Source of the DNA: an uncultured bacterium
GTDB lineage: Bacteria; Deinococcota; Deinococci; Deinococcales; Marinithermaceae
DNA length: 64,000 nucleotides
Reading direction: 5' to 3'
Assembly (NCBI GenBank): GCA_964566305.1
Contig: CAZMIF010000062.1
Span: 7,484-71,483 of the forward strand
A model generated the notes under the pieces. It did not search any database. It was given only the letters and a program-made list of their open reading frames with translations, and was not told the origin of the DNA. The position numbers were made by a program, and so were the translations under genes. This document shows, piece by piece, positions 48,801 to 56,106 of this stretch. The number at the start of each line of letters is the position of its first letter. Position 1 is the stretch's first letter.

Positions 48801-49471
48801 TGGGCATCTACGTCACCGGCCACCCGCTTGAGCACTTTCCGGGCCTGACCGAGGCGGCTACCTGCAAGCTGAGCGAGCTGGAGCGCTGGTACGAGCGCAA
48901 CACCGGCGGCAAGGAGCGGGCGCGGGCGCTGCTGGTGGGAATGGTCGAGCAGATTACCCGCCGCTCGACCCGCTCGGGCGGGATGATGGCCCGCTTCAAC
49001 CTGGCCGACGCCTCGGGGGCGCTCGAGGTGGTGGTCTTCGGCCGCGCCTACGACCGGGTGATGACCCGTGTCAAAGAAGACATCCCGGTCGTCGCCGTCT
49101 GCGAGGTGGAACCCGACGCCGACGGCGAGAGTCTGCGGGTAGTCGTTCAAGACGTCTTCCTCTACGAGGAGCTGGAGGGGCTGCCACAGGTGCTGGAGCT
49201 CGACTTCGATTTGAGCCTGCTCAGCGACGAAGAAATTCTGGACTTGCGCAGCCTGCTCGACGAGCACCCGGGCGCCCTGCCGGTCTTTCTCAAGGTCCGC
49301 GGCCCCGGAGGCTGGGCCTTGCTCGAGTCGCGCGACGTGCGGGTTAGCGAAGAAGCGGCCGCCGAAGCGTCCAGGCTCCCCGGCGTCTCGGCCCGCTTCG
49401 TACCCAACCGCGACGCCCTCCTGACCGGCAAACTGGGCGGCGAGGGTCAGACCGAGGTCGTGCCCTTCTGA
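45803..49471 (+). CDS. dnaE: DNA polymerase III subunit alpha
   Basis: PHP domain start FAHLHQHTQFSLLDGA and polymerase core (PDIDTDF, GLLKMDFLGLRTL). 1222 aa with no intein-like insertion seen. Confidence 0.95.
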   Translation: MKFAHLHQHTQFSLLDGAAKLDELINWVKKTSPEEPALATTDHGNLFGAVQFYRKATAAGVKPLIGYEAYVAAESRFDRTMRKGLDGGYFHLTLLAKNFTGYQNLVRLASRAYLEGFYMKPRIDREILAEHHEGIIALSGCLGAEIPQFILADRLDLAEERLNEYLKIFGDDYFIEIQDHGLEEDKKVNAVLREFARKYGLGMVATNDGHYVSREDARAHEVLLAIQSKSTLDDEDRWKFPCDEFYVKTPEEMKQALADWPDEVFDNTVEIARMCTVDLPVGEKMTYRIPRFPLPEGRDDNQYLRELTFRGLLERYPEKVTYALYRAYLRKLEIEPSADDEEVILQLSRIDRQTREAIDFFPDIRVTTDWDGWAILARAEHELGVIEKMGFPGYLLIVQDYINWAKEQGISVGPGRGSAAGSVVTYAIRITNIDPLEFGLLFERFLNPDRVSMPDIDTDFSDVRRDEVIDYVRRRYGEDRVAQIATFGTLASKAALKDVARVYGLEYKRAEQLAKLIPVRFGKPMPLAQAMEQIPELKAAMQQDEKVREVLEIARRLEGLNRHASVHAAGVVIADEPLTNLVPLMRDTKGSGVVTQYDMGSVEALGLLKMDFLGLRTLSFLDEARRIVRESAGVEIDYDNLPLDDRKTFEMLSRGDTKGVFQLEGTGMTNTVKAFKPERLHDIIAIVSLYRPGPMDNIPAYLRRRHGQEPVSYAEFPHAEEMLRPILAETYGIPVYQEQIMQIASAVAGYSLGEADMLRRAMGKKKVEELKSQRDRFITGAEKRGVPPDEASRIFDLLEAFANYGFNKSHAAAYSLISYQTAYVKAHFPVEFMAALLTVERRNSDKVAEYIRDAEASGIHVLPPDINRSGADFRVVGREILFGLSAVKNVGEGAVESILHEREKGGPYKSLPDFLKRVDLHHVNKRALESLIKAGAFDAFGERGQMLEAIEGLLKWAAAEQQKSAGGLTGLFDSEVTEPALPQVPPLEEVIRLRYEKEALGIYVTGHPLEHFPGLTEAATCKLSELERWYERNTGGKERARALLVGMVEQITRRSTRSGGMMARFNLADASGALEVVVFGRAYDRVMTRVKEDIPVVAVCEVEPDADGESLRVVVQDVFLYEELEGLPQVLELDFDLSLLSDEEILDLRSLLDEHPGALPVFLKVRGPGGWALLESRDVRVSEEAAAEASRLPGVSARFVPNRDALLTGKLGGEGQTEVVPF

Positions 49472-49569
49472 ACCACTGCCGGCCCTCTCCTTCCGCCCGG
49501 CCCGCCCTCCTGGCGGCCGCCATTGCCTCTAGTGATTCCAAGCCCCGCCATTGTGTAATGCCAGCAGTT

Positions 49570-49650
49570 TTCTGACCAACCCGACCGCTCACTATGCTTT
49601 AAGCCATGGATTCCAGCTCGCGCGGGCCTACCGGCCCGCTTGGCTGGAAT
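49570..49650 (+). repeat. Copy 1 of an ~81-nt imperfect direct repeat, ending in a REP-like nested hairpin
   Basis: TTCTGACCAACCCGACCGCTCACTATGCTTTAAGCCATGGATTCCAGCTCGCGCGGGCCTACCGGCCCGCTTGGCTGGAAT. The 37-nt core 49594-49630 is identical to 50021-50057. Nested stems are ATTCCAGC/GCTGGAAT and GCGGGCC/GGCCCGC (49610-49650). Confidence 0.8.
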
Positions 49651-49702
49651 GACGAAAGAAGAGACTTCGGGCAACGCTAACGGTGCTGGGCCGGAAACAA
49701 AA

Positions 49703-49724
49703 GCCCGCTTGGCTGGAATGACGA
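49703..49724 (+). repeat. Half-copy (right arm) of the REP-like element
   Basis: GCCCGCTTGGCTGGAATGACGA is identical to 49634-49655. Confidence 0.7.
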
Positions 49725-49805
49725 GGTGGAGTGTTCGTGTTTTGATGACGGAACCGCGCCGGATAATGCGCTCTTTAGTTCCTTCGCTGATCCGAAAGCT
49801 CTTTT

Positions 49806-49847
49806 CCCACAACCCACATCCCACTCCCCACTCCCCACATCCCACTC
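49806..49847 (+). repeat. C-run tract (six C3-4 runs; G-run tract on the minus strand)
   Basis: CCCACAACCCACATCCCACTCCCCACTCCCCACATCCCACTC. It contains CCACATCCCACTC twice. Confidence 0.8.
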
Positions 49848-49855
49848 AATTCGTC

Positions 49856-49892
49856 ATCCCAGACGAGCGGCGTAAGCCGCGAGATCTGGGAT
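49856..49892 (-). repeat. REP-like nested hairpin, inverted orientation relative to copies 1 and 2
   Basis: ATCCCAGA cga GCGGC gtaa GCCGC gaga TCTGGGAT, preceded by TTCGTC. This is the same architecture as the reverse complement of 49610-49654. Confidence 0.7.
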
Positions 49893-49996
49893 CCAGACCG
49901 AGTCACCAACCCGTGATGGGGGTGCTGCTGATTGATAGTGCCACGGATAAATGCCGGATGTCGCGCCACTGCAACATCCTGTTTTCTTTTGCTGAC

Positions 49997-50076
49997 TTCT
50001 GACTAGCCCGAACGCCCACAATGCTTTAAGCCATGGATTCCAGCTCGCGCGGGCCTATGGCCCGCCTGGCTGGAGA
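49997..50076 (+). repeat. Copy 2 of the ~81-nt direct repeat with REP-like nested hairpin
   Basis: TTCTGACTAGCCCGAACGCCCACAATGCTTTAAGCCATGGATTCCAGCTCGCGCGGGCCTATGGCCCGCCTGGCTGGAGA. Nested stems at 50037-50076. Confidence 0.8.
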
Positions 50077-50277
50077 CGGAGCAGGAGAACTCGAGCAGCG
50101 CCAGCAAGACTTAACCAGAAAGAAGCCTTTCGCCCCATAGCCGAACCGAAAACCCTCTAGACCACAAGCTACGCGCCACATAACCCAAGCCGCCCTTTTC
50201 CCGCGCGCCACGCACCGGTTCCCACCCCGGCGCACAATCATTTCTCCCCCAAAACCTGTAGTATGTAACCCGCGACG

Positions 50278-51057
50278 ATGAGCCCCGGCCCGCCCGCCCC
50301 CCACGAACAACCCATCGGCGTCTTCGACTCCGGCGTCGGCGGTCTGACCGTGCTCGAGGCCCTGCGGCGTGCGCTTCCCGAGCGCGACTTTTTCTACTTC
50401 GGCGATACCGCCCGCGTGCCCTACGGCTCCAAGCCCCCGGAGCTGGTGCGCCGCTTCGCCTGGGAAATCAGCGGCTTTCTGCTGCGGCAGGGGGCCGGCG
50501 CGCTGGTGGTGGCCTGCAATACCGCCTCGAGCGTCGCCCTAGCCGACCTGCACCGGCTGGGGGTGCCGGTTTTCGACGTCATCGAACCGGCGGTGGCGGC
50601 CGCGGCCCCCTACGAACACGTCGGCGTAATAGGCACCCGGGCGACCATCGCCAGCGGCGCCTACCAGCGCCGGCTGCGCGACTCGGGCAAGCGGGTCTGG
50701 TCGCGCCCCACCCCCCTCTTCGTCCCGATAGTCGAGGAAGGGCTTTGGGGCGACGAGGTGGCCGAGCTGGTGGCGCGGCACTACCTGGAAGGAGCCCCCG
50801 CCGATCTCGAGGCGCTGATTCTCGGCTGCACGCACTACCCGTACCTGAAGCCGCTGCTGGCGCGGCTTCGCCCCGGTCTGGAGTTGATCGACTCGGCCAC
50901 CCCCACCGCCGCCGCGGTCGCCGGCGCCCTATCGGGCCACGGCGGGGGGCGGACGACCTACTTCGTCAGCGGCGACCCCGAAGCCTTCGCCGCCCTCGCC
51001 GGCAGGCTGGGCGTGAACGTGAACGAGGTTCGTAAGGTAGAGTTAGGGGAGTTATGA
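50278..51057 (+). CDS. murI: Glutamate racemase
   Basis: IGVFDSGVGGLTV, VVACNTAS and LGCTHYP motifs. Confidence 0.9.
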   Translation: MSPGPPAPHEQPIGVFDSGVGGLTVLEALRRALPERDFFYFGDTARVPYGSKPPELVRRFAWEISGFLLRQGAGALVVACNTASSVALADLHRLGVPVFDVIEPAVAAAAPYEHVGVIGTRATIASGAYQRRLRDSGKRVWSRPTPLFVPIVEEGLWGDEVAELVARHYLEGAPADLEALILGCTHYPYLKPLLARLRPGLELIDSATPTAAAVAGALSGHGGGRTTYFVSGDPEAFAALAGRLGVNVNEVRKVELGEL

Positions 51058-51776
51058 ACCGTAGCGACGGCCGCGCCCCCAGCGAGCGCCGCCCCCTCAA
51101 AATCACCCCTCGCTACCTCGACTACGCCGAGGGGTCGGCCCTGGTGGAGCTGGGGCGCACCCGGGTCCTGGTCGCCGTCAGCCTGACTCCCGGCGTTCCC
51201 CGCCACATGCAGGGCAAACGCAGCGGCTGGCTGATGGCCGAGTACAACCTGCTGCCGCGCAGCACCACAAGCCGCACCCAGCGCGAGCGCTTCAAGCTGG
51301 GCGGCCGCACCCAGGAGGTCCAGAGGTTTCTGGGCCGCGCCTTTCGCGCCGCGGTCGACCTGGACCTGCTCCCCAACCAGACGATCGTCATCGACGCCGA
51401 CGTCATCCAGGCCGACGGCGGCACCCGGGTGGCCGCCATACTGGGCGGTTACGCCGCCCTGGTGCAGGTCTTCGACGACCTGGTGCGCCGCGGCAAGCTC
51501 GACGACTGGCCGCTAACCGAGTTCGCCGCCATCAGCCTGGGCTGGGCAGGTGGCGAGGAGGTGCTGGTAGACCTCGACGCCGCTGAAGACGAAAAGGTTT
51601 TCGCCGACCTGACCGTCGTCGGCACCGCCGAGGGCGAGATAATCGAGATCCACGGCGGCGGCGAGGGGCGGCCGGTGCCCCGGCCGGTTTACGAGCAAAT
51701 GGTCGAGGCCGGCCTGGCGCGAATACCGGAGCTGGTGGCCTGCATACACAAGCAACTCGCTGACGGGGTATCTTAG
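51054..51776 (+). CDS. rph: Ribonuclease PH
   Basis: RSDGRAPSERRPLKIT start and QADGGTR motif. 240 aa. ATGA overlap with murI. Confidence 0.9.
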   Translation: MNRSDGRAPSERRPLKITPRYLDYAEGSALVELGRTRVLVAVSLTPGVPRHMQGKRSGWLMAEYNLLPRSTTSRTQRERFKLGGRTQEVQRFLGRAFRAAVDLDLLPNQTIVIDADVIQADGGTRVAAILGGYAALVQVFDDLVRRGKLDDWPLTEFAAISLGWAGGEEVLVDLDAAEDEKVFADLTVVGTAEGEIIEIHGGGEGRPVPRPVYEQMVEAGLARIPELVACIHKQLADGVS

Positions 51777-51782
51777 GGAGAG

Positions 51783-52394
51783 ATGCAAGTAGTCATCGCC
51801 ACCACCAACCCCGGAAAGTACCGCGAGCTCCGCGAGGGGCTGGCCCCTCTGGGGTGGGAAACCCGCCCTCTAATCGACTTTCCCATCAAGATGCCGGAGG
51901 AAACCGGCACCACCTTCGAAGACAACGCCCTGATGAAGGCCGCTTTCGTAGCTCAGAAAACGGCAATTCCCGCCCTGGCCGACGACTCCGGCCTGGTGGT
52001 GGACGCCCTGGGCGGCGAGCCCGGTGTCTACTCCGCCCGTTACGGCGGCCGCACCAACGACCGCGACCGCAACGTCTACCTGCTGGAGCGGCTGCGCGGC
52101 GTACCCCTGGAAGAGCGCACCGCCCGCTTCGTGGCGGTCCTGACGCTGGCCTACCCCGACGGGCACGTCGAGAGCTACCGCGGCGAGGTAGAGGGGTTGA
52201 TTCTCGAGGCGCCCCGCGGCGAAAACGGCTTCGGCTACGACCCCCTCTTCTACCTGCCCGAGGTCGGCAAAACCTTCGCCGAGATGGCACCGGAAGAAAA
52301 AGCGGCCCACTCCCACCGGGCGCGGGCGCTGGCGGCCCTGCTCGAGGCCTGGAAGAACGGCCCGCCGCCACGGGAGATCTGGCCGCTCGAATAG
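51783..52394 (+). CDS. rdgB: Non-canonical purine NTP pyrophosphatase (dITP/XTP)
   Basis: VIATTNPGKYRELRE, DDSGLVVDALGGEPGVYSARY, GFGYDPLF and SHRARA motifs. Confidence 0.9.
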   Translation: MQVVIATTNPGKYRELREGLAPLGWETRPLIDFPIKMPEETGTTFEDNALMKAAFVAQKTAIPALADDSGLVVDALGGEPGVYSARYGGRTNDRDRNVYLLERLRGVPLEERTARFVAVLTLAYPDGHVESYRGEVEGLILEAPRGENGFGYDPLFYLPEVGKTFAEMAPEEKAAHSHRARALAALLEAWKNGPPPREIWPLE

Positions 52395-52928
52395 CTAGCG
52401 CAAACCTGCCAGAAAACGCTCCAGGTCGTCTTCGTCGGCGATGAGGGTGAGCAGCTCGAGCTCCCGCTCGCTGAGCTGCAGGTGCGGGCGCAGTAGCGGC
52501 TTCCAGGCGGCGTCTACGCCGATCGGCAACGGCCTTTGGCCCCGCAACCGCTGGATGTAGGCCAGGTTCCAGGCAACCATTATCTCAGTCAGCGTTCCCA
52601 GACCGCCGGGCAGGGCGAGCACCGCCCGGCTCATCTCGAGCATCCGCTCGATACGGCCGGTAAGCGTTGGGGCCGGCAGCTCCAGGTCCACGTGGGAGTT
52701 GGCCCCGCTACGCGACTTGAAAAGGTCGGGCGCGGTCACGCCCACCACCAACCCGCCGGCGCGGCGGGCGCCGCGGCTGGCCGCTTCCATACTGCCGCCG
52801 TATCCCCCCGAGGCCAGCGCGAAGCCAGCGCGGGCGATTGCCCCGCCCCAGGCCTCGGCCTGCCGCCAGGCGGGGCTTTCGGGAACGGTCCGCGACGAGC
52901 CGAATACGGAAATCACGGCGACCGGCAT
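52395..52928 (-). CDS. LOG/TIGR00725-like Rossmann-fold protein (lysine-decarboxylase-like family)
   Basis: SGGYGGSMEAASRGA and LPGGLGTLTE motifs. 177 aa. Confidence 0.7.
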   Translation of the reverse strand: MPVAVISVFGSSRTVPESPAWRQAEAWGGAIARAGFALASGGYGGSMEAASRGARRAGGLVVGVTAPDLFKSRSGANSHVDLELPAPTLTGRIERMLEMSRAVLALPGGLGTLTEIMVAWNLAYIQRLRGQRPLPIGVDAAWKPLLRPHLQLSERELELLTLIADEDDLERFLAGLR

Positions 52929-52941
52929 GGCGACATTTTAA

Positions 52942-52970
52942 GCCCCGTGGCGGTCCGACCGCCACGGGGC
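52942..52970 (-). terminator. Terminator-like hairpin after lipoprotein paralog 1
   Basis: Perfect 13-bp stem GCCCCGTGGCGGT / ACCGCCACGGGGC with a 3-nt loop. On the minus strand it is followed by TTAAAATG. Confidence 0.55.
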
Positions 52971-53005
52971 CTTCGTGCGACGCGCCGTTCTTGCTATCTA
53001 TCTGC

Positions 53006-54400
53006 CTAATGGATTGTAAATGGATTGTAACCGGCCGCCGAAAACTGTCCGGCATACACCATGAAGCGATAGCCGGACTCACTGCCGTAATCGGAGCCGT
53101 TGGGCATCATCATCTTGCGAACGGCGTCGGGCAGGTCGCCAATCCCGCCCACCAGCGCGTCGGCGCCGGGATCAACGCCGTCTTGAGAGTAGGCGAAGAG
53201 CATCCAGTAACCGTAGTCGTAGCTGCCGAAGTCGACGCCCAGGGACGTCAAATCCGGGAGCTCGATCGAGGTTTCCTTGGTGACGATCTCGACCCCTATG
53301 GTGCCTTCGAAATTGAGCTGTACCACATAGGTCGCACCTTCCGGGCCCACCCACGAGAAGGACTGCTCAGCCGGGTTGATCGTCGCACCGTTCAGAGGCG
53401 TTATGGGCACTACCGGGTCGGGGAGCTCGAGCGCCACCTCGTTGCCGGCCGCCCGCTGCCAGGCAACCACCTCGCCGTCGATGCCGTCGAGATCATCCGG
53501 GCTGACGCTGGCATACTCACCCCCAGCCAGACCGCCGTACATCGCCTGCAAAACGGCGTAGGAACCCAGACCCAGACTGTTGTCCGCGGGAGCCGCCAGG
53601 GCCACCGAGCCACCAGAATCGACCGCTGCGAAGCTAGCCCCGAAGGGCAGCGAGGTTCCGTCCAGGGCCGGCACCTGGCGAGCCCGGGCATTTGTGTAAA
53701 CGTCCGGATAACTGGCGGACACATTCAGCGAGCCGGTTCCAATCTCCGTAACTGTCAGATCGTGGGTGAGGTTGTCGCCGTCGGCCAGGGTCAGCGTTTT
53801 GCGTACGGCTCCCGTATAGGCTACCGCGCTGCCGGTCGTCAGGTCGCGCTGCCACTGGAGCGCCACAATAGTGGCGTTGTTCTCGCCTTCCAGCGCGGGG
53901 TCGAAACCCAGGGACAGCTCATAGTCTTCGTCGTAGCTGAACTCGCTACCGTACAGGTAGGGGCCCACGGCCACCGCCACGCCGTTGAGGTATTCGTCGC
54001 TCTGTTCAGTGGGCCCCACCGCACCGCTGACGCTGACGTTGGCGCAACCGCCTTCGTCGAAACCGGCCGGCATGATCGTCAGGGTCGGCTCGGTGTCGTT
54101 CAGCCCCTGATAATAGACCATCGGCGTGTACACTCTAAAACCATCCAGGCTGGCGCCGACGACCACCAGGTCGTAGGGGGGCGCCACTCCCTCGATCGCA
54201 AAGCTGCCGTCACTGCCGGTCAGAACCGGGTCGTGGCCGGGCACGAGCACCGTCTTGTAGGCGACCGGCTGGCCACAGGGATCGAGCAGGGTTCCTTGAA
54301 CCGTCGTCTCCCCGGCCTGAGCGCCGGTCGAGGTCTGGCAACCGGCTAGCAGGGCCACGCCCAGGAACACGATTCCCAAAATCCACGCCCACTTCTTCAT
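53006..54400 (-). CDS. Lipoprotein paralog 1 (CarboxypepD_reg-like N-domain, variable middle, FN3-like C-module)
   Basis: Lipobox LLAGC. GTLLDPCGQPVAYKTVLVPGHDPVLTGSDGSFAIEGVAPPYDLVV. C-module PVVPITPLNG...FSWVGPEGATYVV...VEIVT...LPDL..LG. SD GAGGAGG. 464 aa. Confidence 0.85.
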   Translation of the reverse strand: MKKWAWILGIVFLGVALLAGCQTSTGAQAGETTVQGTLLDPCGQPVAYKTVLVPGHDPVLTGSDGSFAIEGVAPPYDLVVVGASLDGFRVYTPMVYYQGLNDTEPTLTIMPAGFDEGGCANVSVSGAVGPTEQSDEYLNGVAVAVGPYLYGSEFSYDEDYELSLGFDPALEGENNATIVALQWQRDLTTGSAVAYTGAVRKTLTLADGDNLTHDLTVTEIGTGSLNVSASYPDVYTNARARQVPALDGTSLPFGASFAAVDSGGSVALAAPADNSLGLGSYAVLQAMYGGLAGGEYASVSPDDLDGIDGEVVAWQRAAGNEVALELPDPVVPITPLNGATINPAEQSFSWVGPEGATYVVQLNFEGTIGVEIVTKETSIELPDLTSLGVDFGSYDYGYWMLFAYSQDGVDPGADALVGGIGDLPDAVRKMMMPNGSDYGSESGYRFMVYAGQFSAAGYNPFTIH

Positions 54401-54442
54401 CGTCTTCCTCCTCTACGCGCGTCTTCCGCTCCGGCCACGCCG

Positions 54443-55831
54443 CTATTCCTGATCCGAAGACGCGGCAAAGTCGAAACTTCCCGCCATCGTGTAGGTGGCG
54501 CTACCGCTATCTCCCACCGTCAAACCTCTTATCAGCATTCGCAGCGAGCGCACTCCCTCAAGAGAGGCGGCAGCCTCCACGCCCGCCGGCAACCCCGAAC
54601 CTTCCCAGGAGTAGATCTCCCAGTAACCGCTGTAAATGTTGTCGTAGAGAATACCCGCGCCGCCCAGGTCGGGAAGCGTCATGCTGGTATCGGAGGTAAC
54701 GACCTCGACGCTCAGGTCGGGGCCCGACTGCCTGAATATGAAGATCACGTCGTACGTCGCGCCCTCGGAGCCACTCCACCGGAAAACGCTCCCGGGCCGG
54801 GCCGTTCCGCCGCTCAGCGGGGTCATCGGCACTGTAGGCCTGGGCAGGGAGACGCTTACCGCACCGTCGTCGCCCGCCAGCGTCCAGCCCATTACGAAGG
54901 TGATGTTGCCTATCACCTGCACGGCCGCGCTCGTGCTTTTAGGCGACACGCCGTAGTAGCCCTGGGCGAACAGCAGCGAGCCCAAATCCTGGCCCACCGG
55001 CCCCGCCAGAATCCAGTGGCCGCTGGCGTCGGCGTCGTCCGAGTAAAGGTGGCGCGTTTCTATTCCCGTGTCCTGCCCACCAGCCGCGACCCTGTGCTCG
55101 ATCTTGTCTATTGCCACCCCGTCGGGGAGCTCGACGCTGACCGTCAGGCTGCGCGTCCCGATCGGTTGCAGCGCCAAATCTTGCGTCGTCGTCTCGCCGT
55201 CGGCGGGGGTGATGGTCTGGTGAACCCCGCTGACGTAGCTGACCGCGCCGGTCTCATCGTCACTGCTCCAGAGAACGCCGGTCAAAGCGGCGCTGGTTCC
55301 GGGGGCGAATGAGAACTCAAGGTCGTAGTAGCCGCCGGGGTCACCCTCGCTGGCAGGCGGTGTCCAGGTCTGCCTGTACGTGTCGAAAGCGTGCGAGGAA
55401 ACGGCGCCAACCCCGTAGACTTCGCCGCCAGCAGCCGAGTAAACGGATCCCTTTACCACCGCATCCGAACACCCGGCCGCCGGCCCCTCCCCTGCCGGTA
55501 CCGCAGCGACTTCGGGGGTGAGGCTGGTCATTCCCTTGTATACGAGAACCGGCACTTCCTGCAGCTCCCAGTCCGAAAGCAGGTAGGCGTTGGCGATTAC
55601 CAAATCATAGGGAGTTTGAACGTCGTCGAAGACAAAGCGGCCTTCCGCGTCGGTCAATACCGGATCGTGGCCGGGGATGTAGACGGTCTTGTAGGCAAGC
55701 GGGGTGCCGCAGGGGCTGACGAGCGTGCCCTCTAGCTGCGCACCGCCCGCCCCTTGCTGGGTGCTGCACCCTGCCAGTAGCAGGACGGCGGCCATGAGTA
55801 TGCCCAAACCCAGTCCTGTGCGTCTATCCAT
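54443..55831 (-). CDS. Lipoprotein paralog 2 (same family)
   Basis: Lipobox LLAGC. GTLVSPCGTPLAYKTVYIPGHDPVLTDAEGRFVFDDVQTPYDLVI. C-module TVPMTPLSG...FRWSGSEGATYDV...VEVVT...LPDL...YWEIYSW. SD AAGGAGG. 462 aa. Confidence 0.85.
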   Translation of the reverse strand: MDRRTGLGLGILMAAVLLLAGCSTQQGAGGAQLEGTLVSPCGTPLAYKTVYIPGHDPVLTDAEGRFVFDDVQTPYDLVIANAYLLSDWELQEVPVLVYKGMTSLTPEVAAVPAGEGPAAGCSDAVVKGSVYSAAGGEVYGVGAVSSHAFDTYRQTWTPPASEGDPGGYYDLEFSFAPGTSAALTGVLWSSDDETGAVSYVSGVHQTITPADGETTTQDLALQPIGTRSLTVSVELPDGVAIDKIEHRVAAGGQDTGIETRHLYSDDADASGHWILAGPVGQDLGSLLFAQGYYGVSPKSTSAAVQVIGNITFVMGWTLAGDDGAVSVSLPRPTVPMTPLSGGTARPGSVFRWSGSEGATYDVIFIFRQSGPDLSVEVVTSDTSMTLPDLGGAGILYDNIYSGYWEIYSWEGSGLPAGVEAAASLEGVRSLRMLIRGLTVGDSGSATYTMAGSFDFAASSDQE

Positions 55832-55859
55832 AAATGCCTCCTTGTATCAGGATCCCTGC

Positions 55860-56040
55860 TGAAGCCTGGGGGATCTAACTAAAGTCTAATGGTTAACCAT
55901 AGGGCAAATATCCTACGCAAATACCGTTTCTAACGTATTTTTTACCTATATCAAAACTTGATTAAACATTGTATAGTCAGGTCGCTCACGGCTATTTATG
56001 AGAATAGCCCGCTTTTCTTGAGTAACCGGTGCAATTTATC
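55860..56040 (-). promoter_or_regulatory. AT-rich island, the presumed promoter/regulatory region for paralogs 2 and 1
   Basis: A visibly AT-rich stretch with no ORF longer than 15 codons inside a GC-rich genome, directly upstream of paralog 2. Exact -35/-10 elements are not assignable by eye. Confidence 0.4.
55889..55900. promoter_or_regulatory. Perfect 12-nt palindrome ATGGTTAACCAT (candidate operator)
   Basis: Self-complementary 12-mer 58 nt upstream of the paralog 2 start codon, inside the AT-rich island. Confidence 0.3.
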
Positions 56041-56059
56041 CAGATTCGCAGGCCGGGCG

Positions 56060-56089
56060 GCGGGTGGGCGCCCGCTGACGCCCACCCGC
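56060..56089 (-). terminator. Hairpin 17 nt downstream of the paralog 3 stop
   Basis: Perfect 11-bp stem GCGGGTGGGCG / CGCCCACCCGC with an 8-nt loop. No clear U-run follows on the minus strand. Confidence 0.45.
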
Positions 56090-56106
56090 TCACCGCACCC
56101 GGCTGG

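Noticed and set aside
49447-50002. ORFs 49447-49845 (-), 49640-50002 (+) and 50026-50310 (-) in the dnaE-murI spacer.
   Set aside because: They are translations of REP-like palindromes (VIPAKRA, LAGMT) and of the C-run tract (HNPHPTPHSPHPT). There is no SD and no coding-like composition.
49570-50076. Possible CRISPR array or tRNA/tmRNA/RNase P/SRP gene in the long spacer.
   Set aside because: There are only two long repeat copies, 427 nt apart, and they are internally palindromic. No regular repeat-spacer periodicity is present. I saw no tRNA T-loop (GGTTCGA-type) and no conserved RNase P, tmRNA or SRP motifs.
55990-56020. Independent + strand small RNA gene ending at the GGCTATT/AATAGCC hairpin plus TTTTCTTG.
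   Set aside because: I found no convincing upstream + strand promoter with proper spacing. The only -10-like element, TATAGT at 55971-55976, would give a transcript of only about 35 nt. It is kept as part of the AT-island finding rather than called a gene.
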